Shown here piece after piece: positions 43,146-51,988 of a stretch of 64,000 bases of DNA (position 1 is its first letter; the number at the start of each line of letters is the position of its first letter). Origin of the DNA: a candidate division WOR-3 bacterium (lineage in GTDB: Bacteria; Hydrothermota; Tepidihabitantia; SM23-42; JAOAFX01); the NCBI GenBank assembly GCA_037444665.1, contig JBBILZ010000003.1:1-64000 (forward strand), in the 5' to 3' direction. The translations under genes were made by a program, and so were the position numbers. Under the pieces are notes generated by a model. It was not told where the DNA came from. It was given only the letters and a program-made list of their open reading frames with translations, and searched no databases.

Positions 43146-43610
43146 TTAGAATAGGTTTTTTATAATTTCTGCAATCTTTTCAAGAAATTCTCTATCTTCG
43201 TCAGTAAATGGTGATAACATATGGGAATCAATATCAATCTCAGCCACGACTGTATCATCCTTGAATACCGGCACAACAATCTCTGATTTTACAGTAGGAC
43301 TGCAGGCAAGATAGTTTGTCTCTTTTGAGACATCCTGAACAACAAAGGTCTCTTTTTTTGCAACTGCCTGACCACAGATGCCCCTGCCAAAAGGAATTTT
43401 GGTGTGCTCAGTTGGTGCACCTACAAATGGACCAAGATATAATTCCTTTGTTTTATTATCCGCAATGTAAAATCCCACCCAGTTGTAGTATGGCACATTG
43501 GTTTTAAGGAGTGCACAGATTTTCAATAATTTATCTTCGTTCTTTATATTACTCTCTTCAATCTCTTTTATCTCTTTTATTAATCGCGCAAAAATCTTTT
43601 GTTTATCCAT
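43146..43610 (-). CDS. GAF-domain protein, free methionine-R-sulfoxide reductase-like
   Basis: NWVGFY, LGPFVG, IPFGRGICG, YLACS...SEIVVP, IDIDS. Confidence 0.82.
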   Translation of the reverse strand: MDKQKIFARLIKEIKEIEESNIKNEDKLLKICALLKTNVPYYNWVGFYIADNKTKELYLGPFVGAPTEHTKIPFGRGICGQAVAKKETFVVQDVSKETNYLACSPTVKSEIVVPVFKDDTVVAEIDIDSHMLSPFTDEDREFLEKIAEIIKNLF

Positions 43611-45181
43611 TATGGCTTATATCTCAATGGGCATACCAGGCAACGCTTAGCCTCATTCTTTAAATCTTCAGCAGATGGAATCTCTTCCACGGGTCTGAAA
43701 TCTTTAATTCGTTCCTGCGCATTACGGTGGAAGACCTTTAATCTTGGAATATTAACCATCTGCCAGTATTGTGGCTCTACTGGATAGATTGTGAATTTGA
43801 AATTAAACAGACTTCCCTTTAAGAACCTATCAATCTTTTTTGCAATCCTTATTCCATCACCCACTGCATGCGCCAGGGTCTGCGGACCCAGTGCTGCATC
43901 ACCACCGGCAAATATTTTTGGATTACTCGTCCTTCCGTCCTTTGTGACGATACGGCACTGCTCATCAATCTTTATATAATCATTCAAAAAATCTGTATAA
44001 GGAACCTGACCTATTGCCGCAACAATCTTATCAACTTCTATTTCAAATTCTGAACCAGAAACAATCTCTACTTTACCTTTTCTTCCCTGAGGCGCACGGG
44101 TCTTTACCATCACAAGTTTTTTCCCTGCAATCTTTACTGGTGTGGTATATGGATAGACCTTTATTCCTTCTTCATCTGCTTCAGTCTTGTTTTCATCTTC
44201 TGCAGGCATATCCTCTATACCACGGCGATAATATATTGCAACCTCATTGCCACAGCGCAATAGACTCCTTGCTACATCAAATGCAGTATTACCGCCACCA
44301 ATGACTGCAACTTTACCCAGCCTGATCTGCTCACCATTCTTTATCCGCTGTAAAATATCAAGACCAGAGAGCACCTGCTCTTCACCTTCAATCCCGAGTC
44401 CTGCAGATTTGCCAGCACCCGAGGCAATGAAAATGGCATTATAATCAGTGATCAATTCTGCGAGATTGATATCCTTACCAATCTCTACATTGGTCTTAAT
44501 CTCAAATCCTGCCCTTTTTATCTGCTCAATCTCCTGTTCCACAATTGACCTTGGCAGACGAAATTCAGGAATGTATGCAGATAAAACACCACCTAAAAAT
44601 TTTTCTTTTTCATAGACCACGACCTGATAGCCGAGTTTACACAGTTCATACGCCGCAGTAAGTCCACAAGGACCACCGCCAATGATTGCAACCTTTTCTT
44701 TTCTCTTCTCTTCAGCAACAACCGGTGGTTCGGTCTTTACCCCATGCTTCAGTGTGCGGATTGCTACAGGTTCATCAATACCCTTTCTGGTGCAGTTTAT
44801 TTCACACGGTGCAGGGCATATCATACCCAGGATTTTAAAGAATGGAATAAAAGGATAATTTACTTTATTGGATACAACTAAATTGATATAATACCAGGGT
44901 TTGACTTCTGCAGGACAATTTTTCTCGCAGGGTGGTGCAAAGTAGTTGACACCACGATATGCATCAAGAATATTAAACAGATAGAATAGAATCCACGCAG
45001 CCAGAACAAACCAGAACCCAAAAGTCAATTTTATCCACAAGACCTTTGTCACAAGGATAGAGCCATAAAAGACAATCATAAACCAGATACCGGTAATTAT
45101 ACGTCCTGAATAGATCTGACCACCACCAACAATAAAAATAGAAATGATTGATGCAATTAAATTCTTTTTATCTTGTGCCAT
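43610..45181 (-). CDS. GltD-like FAD/Fe-S NAD(P)H oxidoreductase with N-terminal membrane anchor
   Basis: PCEKNCP, ICPAPCEINCTR, GGGPCG, GGGNTA, YYRR, EAKRCLVC; first ~75 aa hydrophobic. Confidence 0.85.
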   Translation of the reverse strand: MAQDKKNLIASIISIFIVGGGQIYSGRIITGIWFMIVFYGSILVTKVLWIKLTFGFWFVLAAWILFYLFNILDAYRGVNYFAPPCEKNCPAEVKPWYYINLVVSNKVNYPFIPFFKILGMICPAPCEINCTRKGIDEPVAIRTLKHGVKTEPPVVAEEKRKEKVAIIGGGPCGLTAAYELCKLGYQVVVYEKEKFLGGVLSAYIPEFRLPRSIVEQEIEQIKRAGFEIKTNVEIGKDINLAELITDYNAIFIASGAGKSAGLGIEGEEQVLSGLDILQRIKNGEQIRLGKVAVIGGGNTAFDVARSLLRCGNEVAIYYRRGIEDMPAEDENKTEADEEGIKVYPYTTPVKIAGKKLVMVKTRAPQGRKGKVEIVSGSEFEIEVDKIVAAIGQVPYTDFLNDYIKIDEQCRIVTKDGRTSNPKIFAGGDAALGPQTLAHAVGDGIRIAKKIDRFLKGSLFNFKFTIYPVEPQYWQMVNIPRLKVFHRNAQERIKDFRPVEEIPSAEDLKNEAKRCLVCPLRYKP

Positions 45182-45962
45182 AACTTATCGCCTTTGTTGG
45201 ACATTTTTTTACACAATCAAGGCATCTAATACAATCAATGTTATGTGGTGAATTTTGGATTGGCACATGCATGGGGCAGACTGCCTGGCAGGAATCACAA
45301 GAAATACACTTTTCTTTATCTATTTTCATCTGAAACATACTGAATCTATTAAAGATTGAGTAGATTGCACCAACCGGACAGAATGCACGGCAGAAGAATC
45401 GCTTAATAAAAATAGAAAAATTAATTATAATAATGAGTATTGCCATCTTTATCCAGAAGAGCCAGCCGACAAGTGCCTTTATATCACCGGTCTTATCTGC
45501 CAGCACAAGGGGAATTCCTGCCTCTATAAAACCTGCAGGACAGAGTTTACAGAACCAGGGCTCGCCTGATATCCATGCGATGATACCTGCAATAACAATA
45601 AGCACTCCATATTTTATATAAGAGAAGAATTTTGGCATGCGCATCTTAAAGGTCTTTAATTTATAAATCAAATCCTGGAACAGTCCGAATGGGCAGAGCC
45701 AGCCGCATGCCATCCTTCCTACTACAGTTCCAATGGCACCAAAGAATCCAGCAATATAAAATGGAATGAGATGGAGATTAAAAAAATGTTGCAATGCGCC
45801 AATAGGACAGGAAAAGAGAGAGAGTGGACATCCCCAGCAATTGAGAATCGGAACACATCCTTGTTTTAAAGGACCCTGATAAATTCCGCCCTGCCAGATT
45901 GCAGGATAATTTCCTAAGGTGATTGCTGAGGCAATGAACTGGACAATGCGTTTTAACTTCAT
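45168..45962 (-). CDS. NapH/MauN-like membrane 4Fe-4S binding protein
   Basis: GRMACGWLCPFG, FFCRAFCPVGA and two CxxCxxCxxxCP; ATG 45962 overlaps the upstream TGA. Confidence 0.87.
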   Translation of the reverse strand: MKLKRIVQFIASAITLGNYPAIWQGGIYQGPLKQGCVPILNCWGCPLSLFSCPIGALQHFFNLHLIPFYIAGFFGAIGTVVGRMACGWLCPFGLFQDLIYKLKTFKMRMPKFFSYIKYGVLIVIAGIIAWISGEPWFCKLCPAGFIEAGIPLVLADKTGDIKALVGWLFWIKMAILIIIINFSIFIKRFFCRAFCPVGAIYSIFNRFSMFQMKIDKEKCISCDSCQAVCPMHVPIQNSPHNIDCIRCLDCVKKCPTKAISYGTR

Positions 45963-46099
45963 TGTTGTAATCCCATGCAGGAAAGGCACATTACCGAACC
46001 TACAGTCTCGGTCTCAGTAAAATCACCTACCTTTCCCCCATAAATAATGCCGGCAATAAAAATGACCAGAAGAATCACAACCAAAATCATCCGCTTCAT
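45959..46099 (-). CDS. 46-aa single-TM CxxC protein (CD1871A-family-like), absent from the ORF track
   Basis: MKRMILVVILLVIFIAGIIYGGKVGDFTETETVGSVMCLSCMGLQQ; GGAGGT RBS; ATGA coupling. Confidence 0.82.
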   Translation of the reverse strand: MKRMILVVILLVIFIAGIIYGGKVGDFTETETVGSVMCLSCMGLQQ

Positions 46100-46189
46100 C
46101 TTACCTCCATTGAGAAAATAGGAATTCTTTCAACAAACTATGCCTTATAACAATACAGACCGCCATGCCCTATGACCATAAACGATTCT

Positions 46190-47770
46190 TTAAAATATAC
46201 TCGTCAGCACTGCCTTTACCCCACGAAAAGGCTCTTCAAATCTGCATACACCACCCGAGCATACAAGACCACCCTTTTCACCACCAATCCTTAATCTCAG
46301 ATTGTGCCTGGTTGTCAGGTCAAGGCTCAATTCTAACATGGGCCAGAATGTCTCTTCACCAAGTTTTGGGATCAACCATTCAGGCACCCTATCCCTTTTT
46401 TCACCGCGTAGGGTTATCACAAATCTCTCTGGTTTACCAACAGATACGCTCAATGCACGGTCATTATATTTACTTGTATCACTGGTGACTATGGTCTGTT
46501 CAATGCCTGCCTCTACAAAAAAGATTCCAAAGTCATATTGTAGTTCAAGATATGGCTTTGTTTCGGTCTTTTTCTGAACCGGCAATTCAATTCCCTGTTT
46601 AATAATATGGTCAACACCAAAGGTTATCTCTGATACTTCTGTAGGATGGGTTATTGCCTTTATCCCCTGTTCTAATACACCATCCATATTCTCCATCAGA
46701 TAAAAGAGCTCTTTAAATTTATTCAGCTCAGGGTCATGTGTGGAGACCTTGTTGTTATCAATTTCCAGGGAAATAAAATCCAATGGTGAGGCAACTACTG
46801 AAATGCCATAACCAATCTCATCAATCCCGCGATTTACTGAAATACCGGATTTAATTGGTGTAGGTGGTTCATTATAACGATAACCAGCACCACCAAATCC
46901 CATATCTTTGTAATCAACATACTGGACAGAAACACCATAACCACTCAGACTCAAACTTGAAGTATAAAGATAACCGTCGCCCCTTAACCTTCCTCCCACC
47001 ACAGGTATTGTTCCCCAGTGCCTGCCATATTCAAAATAATTTTCCCATGGTCCAATCTTCAGATTCATACTGCCACCGAAGAGTTCGGTAAATGCCTTTG
47101 GTGTCAAATCAGTAATTTTGTTTATACGCACATACCGTGCACCAATATTTGTATTCAATCCAAAGTCATTTTTAAAATTCAAAAGTTTTGTCTCAAGATT
47201 AGCACCGCGGAGCTGGTCTGTAGTATCATTCTTAATCGTGTATTTCAACTCTTCAAAGAAGATATTGCGAGGTCTGCCAGTGACTAAACTAATCTGGCTT
47301 TTAAAGAGGTTTATATCTGCCTTAAGTCCGTATAATGAATTATCATTATTGAAGTCTTCATCAAGGAATTGATTGAGGCACAGACCACGTCCAAATGTAG
47401 CATAGTATCTACCATAAAGAATACTTATTGGGTCTTTTTTATACTGGGCAGAATAGTCAATATAATACAATTTGTTGAGGGTCCGCAATGATGGGTCCCA
47501 GAAAAAGAATACGCCACGCAGGGTAATATCTTTATAATCAAGCGAAAGTTTTAATTTTTCTGTAATATGGTCTTTAAAATTTGTTGTATCCAGGCGGGAA
47601 TCAACAAATAGCCAGTATTCAGCGCGGTTTGAACCGGTGATACGTAGTTCCTGGCCATTTATAAAAATAGGCAGAAAAAAGAGCAGAAGAATAAATCCAG
47701 AGTATCTGTTAGAAACTGAATTTTTTTTGGGGCTTGGAGTTTGGAAATTGGAATTTATTCTCTTATTCAT
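46190..47770 (-). CDS. DUF6029-like exported/outer-membrane beta-rich protein
   Basis: C-terminal GGLVCSGGVCRFEEPFRGVKAVLTSIF; YATFGRGLCL; start probably MNKR 47770. Confidence 0.72.
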   Translation of the reverse strand: MNKRINSNFQTPSPKKNSVSNRYSGFILLLFFLPIFINGQELRITGSNRAEYWLFVDSRLDTTNFKDHITEKLKLSLDYKDITLRGVFFFWDPSLRTLNKLYYIDYSAQYKKDPISILYGRYYATFGRGLCLNQFLDEDFNNDNSLYGLKADINLFKSQISLVTGRPRNIFFEELKYTIKNDTTDQLRGANLETKLLNFKNDFGLNTNIGARYVRINKITDLTPKAFTELFGGSMNLKIGPWENYFEYGRHWGTIPVVGGRLRGDGYLYTSSLSLSGYGVSVQYVDYKDMGFGGAGYRYNEPPTPIKSGISVNRGIDEIGYGISVVASPLDFISLEIDNNKVSTHDPELNKFKELFYLMENMDGVLEQGIKAITHPTEVSEITFGVDHIIKQGIELPVQKKTETKPYLELQYDFGIFFVEAGIEQTIVTSDTSKYNDRALSVSVGKPERFVITLRGEKRDRVPEWLIPKLGEETFWPMLELSLDLTTRHNLRLRIGGEKGGLVCSGGVCRFEEPFRGVKAVLTSIF

Positions 47771-48332
47771 GGCACTTTTCCTTACAATCTCCTTTACAAT
47801 CTTTACAGGTAACACATCTAACCTTTTTAACAATTATCTCTTCATCGCCAGGCTTATATCCCTGATGCACAAAGACAATTTTCTTACTCTGGTTAATAAT
47901 GTAGCTCGTGGGCATTGCCTGAACATTATATAGTTCACGCAAAATATTGTCCGGGTCAAGAACAATAACATATTTCCATTTGTGGCTCAATGCAAATGGT
48001 TTTACTTTTGGCACTGCCCTTGCCTTGTCCTGACTGATTGCCAGCATCTGCAGTCCAAGTGAGTCAAATTCATCGTAGTACGCTTTCAAGGCATCAAGTT
48101 CTTTAATACACATCTTGCACCACAATGCCCAGAAACTCATAAAGACTGGTCCTTTTTTCAATAAAGAATCAAGACAGACAGTATTTCCATCAACATCCTG
48201 GAGTATAAAATCAGGGGCTGTAGGCAATTCTTTTTCCTGGGCATAACTTAAATTAAACAGAAAAAGGGCCGATATAATACTAATCCATATTACTTTCGTA
48301 TTTCGTATTTCGTATTTCGTATTTCGTTTCAT
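47763..48332 (-). CDS. TlpA/ResA-type exported thioredoxin-fold protein with Cys-rich tail
   Basis: APDFIL, FWALWCKMC, AMPTS; tail CVTCKDCKGDCKEKC. Confidence 0.88.
   Translation of the reverse strand: MKRNTKYEIRNTKVIWISIISALFLFNLSYAQEKELPTAPDFILQDVDGNTVCLDSLLKKGPVFMSFWALWCKMCIKELDALKAYYDEFDSLGLQMLAISQDKARAVPKVKPFALSHKWKYVIVLDPDNILRELYNVQAMPTSYIINQSKKIVFVHQGYKPGDEEIIVKKVRCVTCKDCKGDCKEKCHE
48294..48327. repeat. heptamer tandem repeat (TTTCGTA) x~4.9 in the TlpA 5' coding region
   Basis: TTTCGTA x4 plus TTTCGT. Confidence 0.9.
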
Positions 48333-49045
48333 TTTGTATCCTCAAATTTTGTGCTTATTGTCTGCATCACCTCTTTTGTGTTTATGTTTTGAACAAGGAC
48401 GGTTGCCCGTAATTTAGATGCCGGGATGCTATGGTTAAACTCAATATGTTGGATCAAACTATCGGGGTATTGTAGAACTACAGGAAATTCATTCAATGCC
48501 CGACATACACGATAGAATGTAGTATAGGAACCGGGCAAACTATCCTCGGTTACAGCAATGAATGCCTTTATTTCGCCTGGTGGTATCGTATCCGCAGCAA
48601 CGATCTTTAGATTAAATCTTGCCTGCGAACCCTGGGTAAATGCACTATCAATATATAGATTGAAATAAGGTGTCTTTGTTCGCGCAAGGAGATAATGTTC
48701 TCTATAGACACTATCATAATTCGGCGGACTCTGCTCAAACACTGCATCGGTTCCATCAAAGACAATAAAAGGAACATCTAAACCCGTATTATAAAAATCC
48801 TCTCGTTCCTGTGCCTCAGGTATCGTATATTGTCCGTTTATATGATAACAAATAACCACGAGCGTATCTCCTGTTCTATTTGCCACACTATCAATAAGCG
48901 CCCGCTCCGCGAGCGCACAAAATCCTCAGCCATCCTCAGTAAACATCTCTGCCAGAACAATTCTACTTGTTGGTTCAGGAAAATTTAGTTTTGGTGCATC
49001 AGAACAGAAGATAAAAAATAAGGGAAGTATTATTAATTTTTTCAT
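48329..49045 (-). CDS. putative selenoprotein: Omp28-like thioredoxin-fold lipoprotein with UxxC (238 aa)
   Basis: MKKLIILPLFFIFC..RIVLAEMFTEDG-TGA-GFC.. is in frame with the track ORF 48329..48886; TGA at 48928..48926. Confidence 0.82.
48898..48916 (-). promoter_or_regulatory. bacterial SECIS-like hairpin
   Basis: GCGCTCGC-GGA-GCGGGCGC after a 9-nt spacer 3' of the UGA. Confidence 0.7.
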
Positions 49046-49052
49046 AATGTCA

Positions 49053-49080
49053 ATTATATCTAAAAGAAGGTTTAAGTCAA
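49053..49080 (-). promoter_or_regulatory. promoter of the redox operon (probably leaderless)
   Basis: TTGACT-N16-TATAAT-N7-ATG. Confidence 0.65.
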
Positions 49081-49146
49081 TATTAAAAAGCACTGAGCCC
49101 TCTCCACTTTTCTGACTTATTGTATGTGTTTGTCGAAGATGAAACT

Positions 49147-49221
49147 GTAGTTGCCCGATTTATCGGGCATGGATAAATTTTCTAATCTATAAAAAAGATG
49201 CCTCATAAATGAGACAACTAC
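49147..49221. repeat. inverted pair of GTAG REP-like elements (REPIN-like)
   Basis: GTAGTTGCCCGATTTATCGGGCA ... reverse copy GTAGTTGTCTCATTTATGAGGCA. Confidence 0.75.
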
Positions 49222-49493
49222 TAAAATATTAAATGGAGAGTAAAAGTGGAGCGGAGCAATAAATTATTGACTTCATAACGAGAAGCCAATTAAGGGCATA
49301 TAAAATAAAAAAAGCTCAAGAAGGCTAAAGAGGGCTAAAAAGGGCGATGTTATAAAGGGTAGAAAGGGACGAAGAAGGGTGAAGAGGGGGAAAGAAGGGG
49401 AAGAAAGTAATAGGAGCAAAGGAGATATGTGAAGGAGATGAACCCGATAAATTTGATACTTGACTTTCAAAAAAATCGGACTAAAATAGAATT

Positions 49494-50741
49494 ATGATTA
49501 AAAGAAACCTGCTCAATGAGATTAGAGAACATCTTAGCAAGAAAGAGATTAGTTTTATTGTCGGTCCGAGACAGGCGGGTAAAACCACCCTAATGCTCCA
49601 ACTCAAAGAGGAACTGGTAAAAAAGGGCTTTCCAACTTTGTTTTTAAATCTTGATGTTGAGCATGATAAGGAATTTTTTACATCTCAACTAAAATTGATT
49701 AATAAAATAGAATTGGAGATCGGCAAAAAACACGGATTTGTTTTCATTGACGAAATACAGAGAAAAGAGGATGCCGGGCTCTTCCTTAAAGGAATCTATG
49801 ATATGAATACACCATATAAGTTTATCGTCTCTGGTTCAGGCAGTGTTGAATTAAAAGAAAAGATCCATGAATCGCTTGCAGGAAGAAAAAGGATATTTGA
49901 ACTTTCTACTTTGACATTTGATGAATTTGTTAACTTCAAAACCGATTATAAATACAACGGCAATCTTGCCAATTTTTATATAGTGGAAGATAAACGATTA
50001 TCTGCTTTATTGGAAGAGTATTTAAACTTTGGGGGTTATCCACGAATTGTTCTTGAACCCGAACTCACCGAAAAGAAAAAACTCATCAATGAGATCTACC
50101 AGAGTTATATTGAGCGAGATATCTCTTACCTGCTCAAGATAAATAAGACTGAAGCATTCAGCAATCTAATAAAATTACTAAGTGCCCAGATAGGAAGATT
50201 AGTGAATTACAGTGAATTATCTTCTACCCTTGGTCTTTCAGTAAAAACAATCAAGGATTACCTCTGGTATCTTGAAAAGACCTTCATTATTAAAAAGGTA
50301 ACTCCTTTTTTCAAAAATGTGCGCAAGGAAATAACAAAGTCTCCAGTCTATTACTTTTATGACTTAGGGTTAAGAAACTTTGTTCGGGGAAGTTTTGGCA
50401 TTCTATCAGAAACTGGGCTCGTGTTCCAGAATTTTATTTACAATCTATTACAGGAACAAATTACCAGCAGTTCAGCAAGAATATGTTTCTGGAGAACCAA
50501 GGATAAGGCAGAGGTTGATTTTGTCATAGATGCAGTTAAGACCATTATCCCGATAGAGGTGAAATACAAAAAGATGGTGGCTCCGGAGATAACCAGAGCC
50601 ATGAGGAGTTTTATAGAAAAATATAAACCCCCAAAGGCATTTATTGTAAACCTCACACTGAGTAAGATTGTGAATCTAAATAGAAATAAGATATATTTCA
50701 TTCCCTTCTACAAAATTATGACCAACCCATTATTTGATTGA
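49494..50741 (+). CDS. AAA_14 + DUF4143 ATP-binding protein
   Basis: GPRQAGKT, FIDEIQ, ESLAGR, GGYP, YFYDLGLR, EVDFV, IPIEVK. Confidence 0.9.
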   Translation: MIKRNLLNEIREHLSKKEISFIVGPRQAGKTTLMLQLKEELVKKGFPTLFLNLDVEHDKEFFTSQLKLINKIELEIGKKHGFVFIDEIQRKEDAGLFLKGIYDMNTPYKFIVSGSGSVELKEKIHESLAGRKRIFELSTLTFDEFVNFKTDYKYNGNLANFYIVEDKRLSALLEEYLNFGGYPRIVLEPELTEKKKLINEIYQSYIERDISYLLKINKTEAFSNLIKLLSAQIGRLVNYSELSSTLGLSVKTIKDYLWYLEKTFIIKKVTPFFKNVRKEITKSPVYYFYDLGLRNFVRGSFGILSETGLVFQNFIYNLLQEQITSSSARICFWRTKDKAEVDFVIDAVKTIIPIEVKYKKMVAPEITRAMRSFIEKYKPPKAFIVNLTLSKIVNLNRNKIYFIPFYKIMTNPLFD

Positions 50742-50894
50742 GTAGTGAAGTGTTATTTTGGCTATGGTTTCCCAGCGTAAAAGAAGTTCTGCTGAAAGCG
50801 ACAAATTCAGGATTATAATCAACAAACAATTTTGACCCCACTTGCCAATTGACATAGACTCAGTTATAATTATAATATTGCAGAAAGGAGATTT

Positions 50895-51956
50895 ATGAAA
50901 AAATATGCTTTTTTATTTTTATTGATAATCGGTGTCAGCACAGCGGGGCAGGACTCTTTCCGCGATGGCGTCATTATTGGCTCTGAGAATAATTTTCAAA
51001 ATGAAATCGCGGGCCGTCAATTTACTATTGTTGATTCTTTTAGTCCCGGATTCTGCGATTATTCAATGGGGCTTGCACACGACGGGCAATATCTCTGGAA
51101 CAATTACGCCTGGTCACCAAGGGTTGCGCGCATAAATCCCGTGACTCACGAGGTCTTAAATATCTTTTATCCTCCCTATGGCGATCGGGACATGGCTTTT
51201 GATGGCACATATCTCTGGGTATCACACTGGCAGACAAATTCTATATACAAATATGATACAAGTAATTTCGCGCTCGTTGCATCGTATGACCCGCCGTTTC
51301 CTGGCCATGCACATGGTCTGGCATGGGACGGTGCATATTTATGGGTTGGTGAAGAGAGCGGACGCATCTACAAGATGACCACGACCGGCGACACAGTTCG
51401 GTCAATACCCTTTAATGCTCCGTATTCATATGACCCTCGTGGACTCGGTTTTTCCAGTGATGGACATTTATGGGCTGGACACCAGGGCTATGGCAGAATT
51501 TACGAGATTGATACGATTAGCGGTGCAATCCTCAACTGGTATAATGCACCGGGGCATGTGCCTGGTGTAAATTTTCAGCAGGGTGTTGATTTTGGTGGTG
51601 GTTATCTGTGGACCACCTCAGGTGGCACTTACAACAGAATCTACAAGATTGACATCGGACTGGCTGGTATCAAAGAGCATAATCATAAAGTCAAAACAAA
51701 TATCAGTCTGAGTGTAAAACCCAATCCATGTATGGCAAGTGCTGTGGTCAGATTTACCCTTGACCAACCAACGAGTGTAACACTGTCGGTCCTGGACATA
51801 AGCGGTCGCATGGTTACCAATCTAATAGAGAACAAAAATTTAGCACCAGGTGATTACAATTACAGACTGCATCAGGAATTGAAAAACAGCGGAGTATATT
51901 TCATCGTTCTCAAGGCAAATAATTTTACACATAGCGTGAAATTGGTCAGATTATAG
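50895..51956 (+). CDS. secreted beta-propeller protein with T9SS-type C-terminal domain
   Basis: Signal peptide; GLAxDGxYLW repeats; PNP...LDISGR...SGVYFI. Confidence 0.82.
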   Translation: MKKYAFLFLLIIGVSTAGQDSFRDGVIIGSENNFQNEIAGRQFTIVDSFSPGFCDYSMGLAHDGQYLWNNYAWSPRVARINPVTHEVLNIFYPPYGDRDMAFDGTYLWVSHWQTNSIYKYDTSNFALVASYDPPFPGHAHGLAWDGAYLWVGEESGRIYKMTTTGDTVRSIPFNAPYSYDPRGLGFSSDGHLWAGHQGYGRIYEIDTISGAILNWYNAPGHVPGVNFQQGVDFGGGYLWTTSGGTYNRIYKIDIGLAGIKEHNHKVKTNISLSVKPNPCMASAVVRFTLDQPTSVTLSVLDISGRMVTNLIENKNLAPGDYNYRLHQELKNSGVYFIVLKANNFTHSVKLVRL

Positions 51957-51988
51957 GATAAACGAATGAATTGATTTAAAGGATTTAA

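Noticed and set aside
49273..49470. 65-aa minus-strand ORF
   Set aside because: It is a translation of a purine-rich low-complexity tract.
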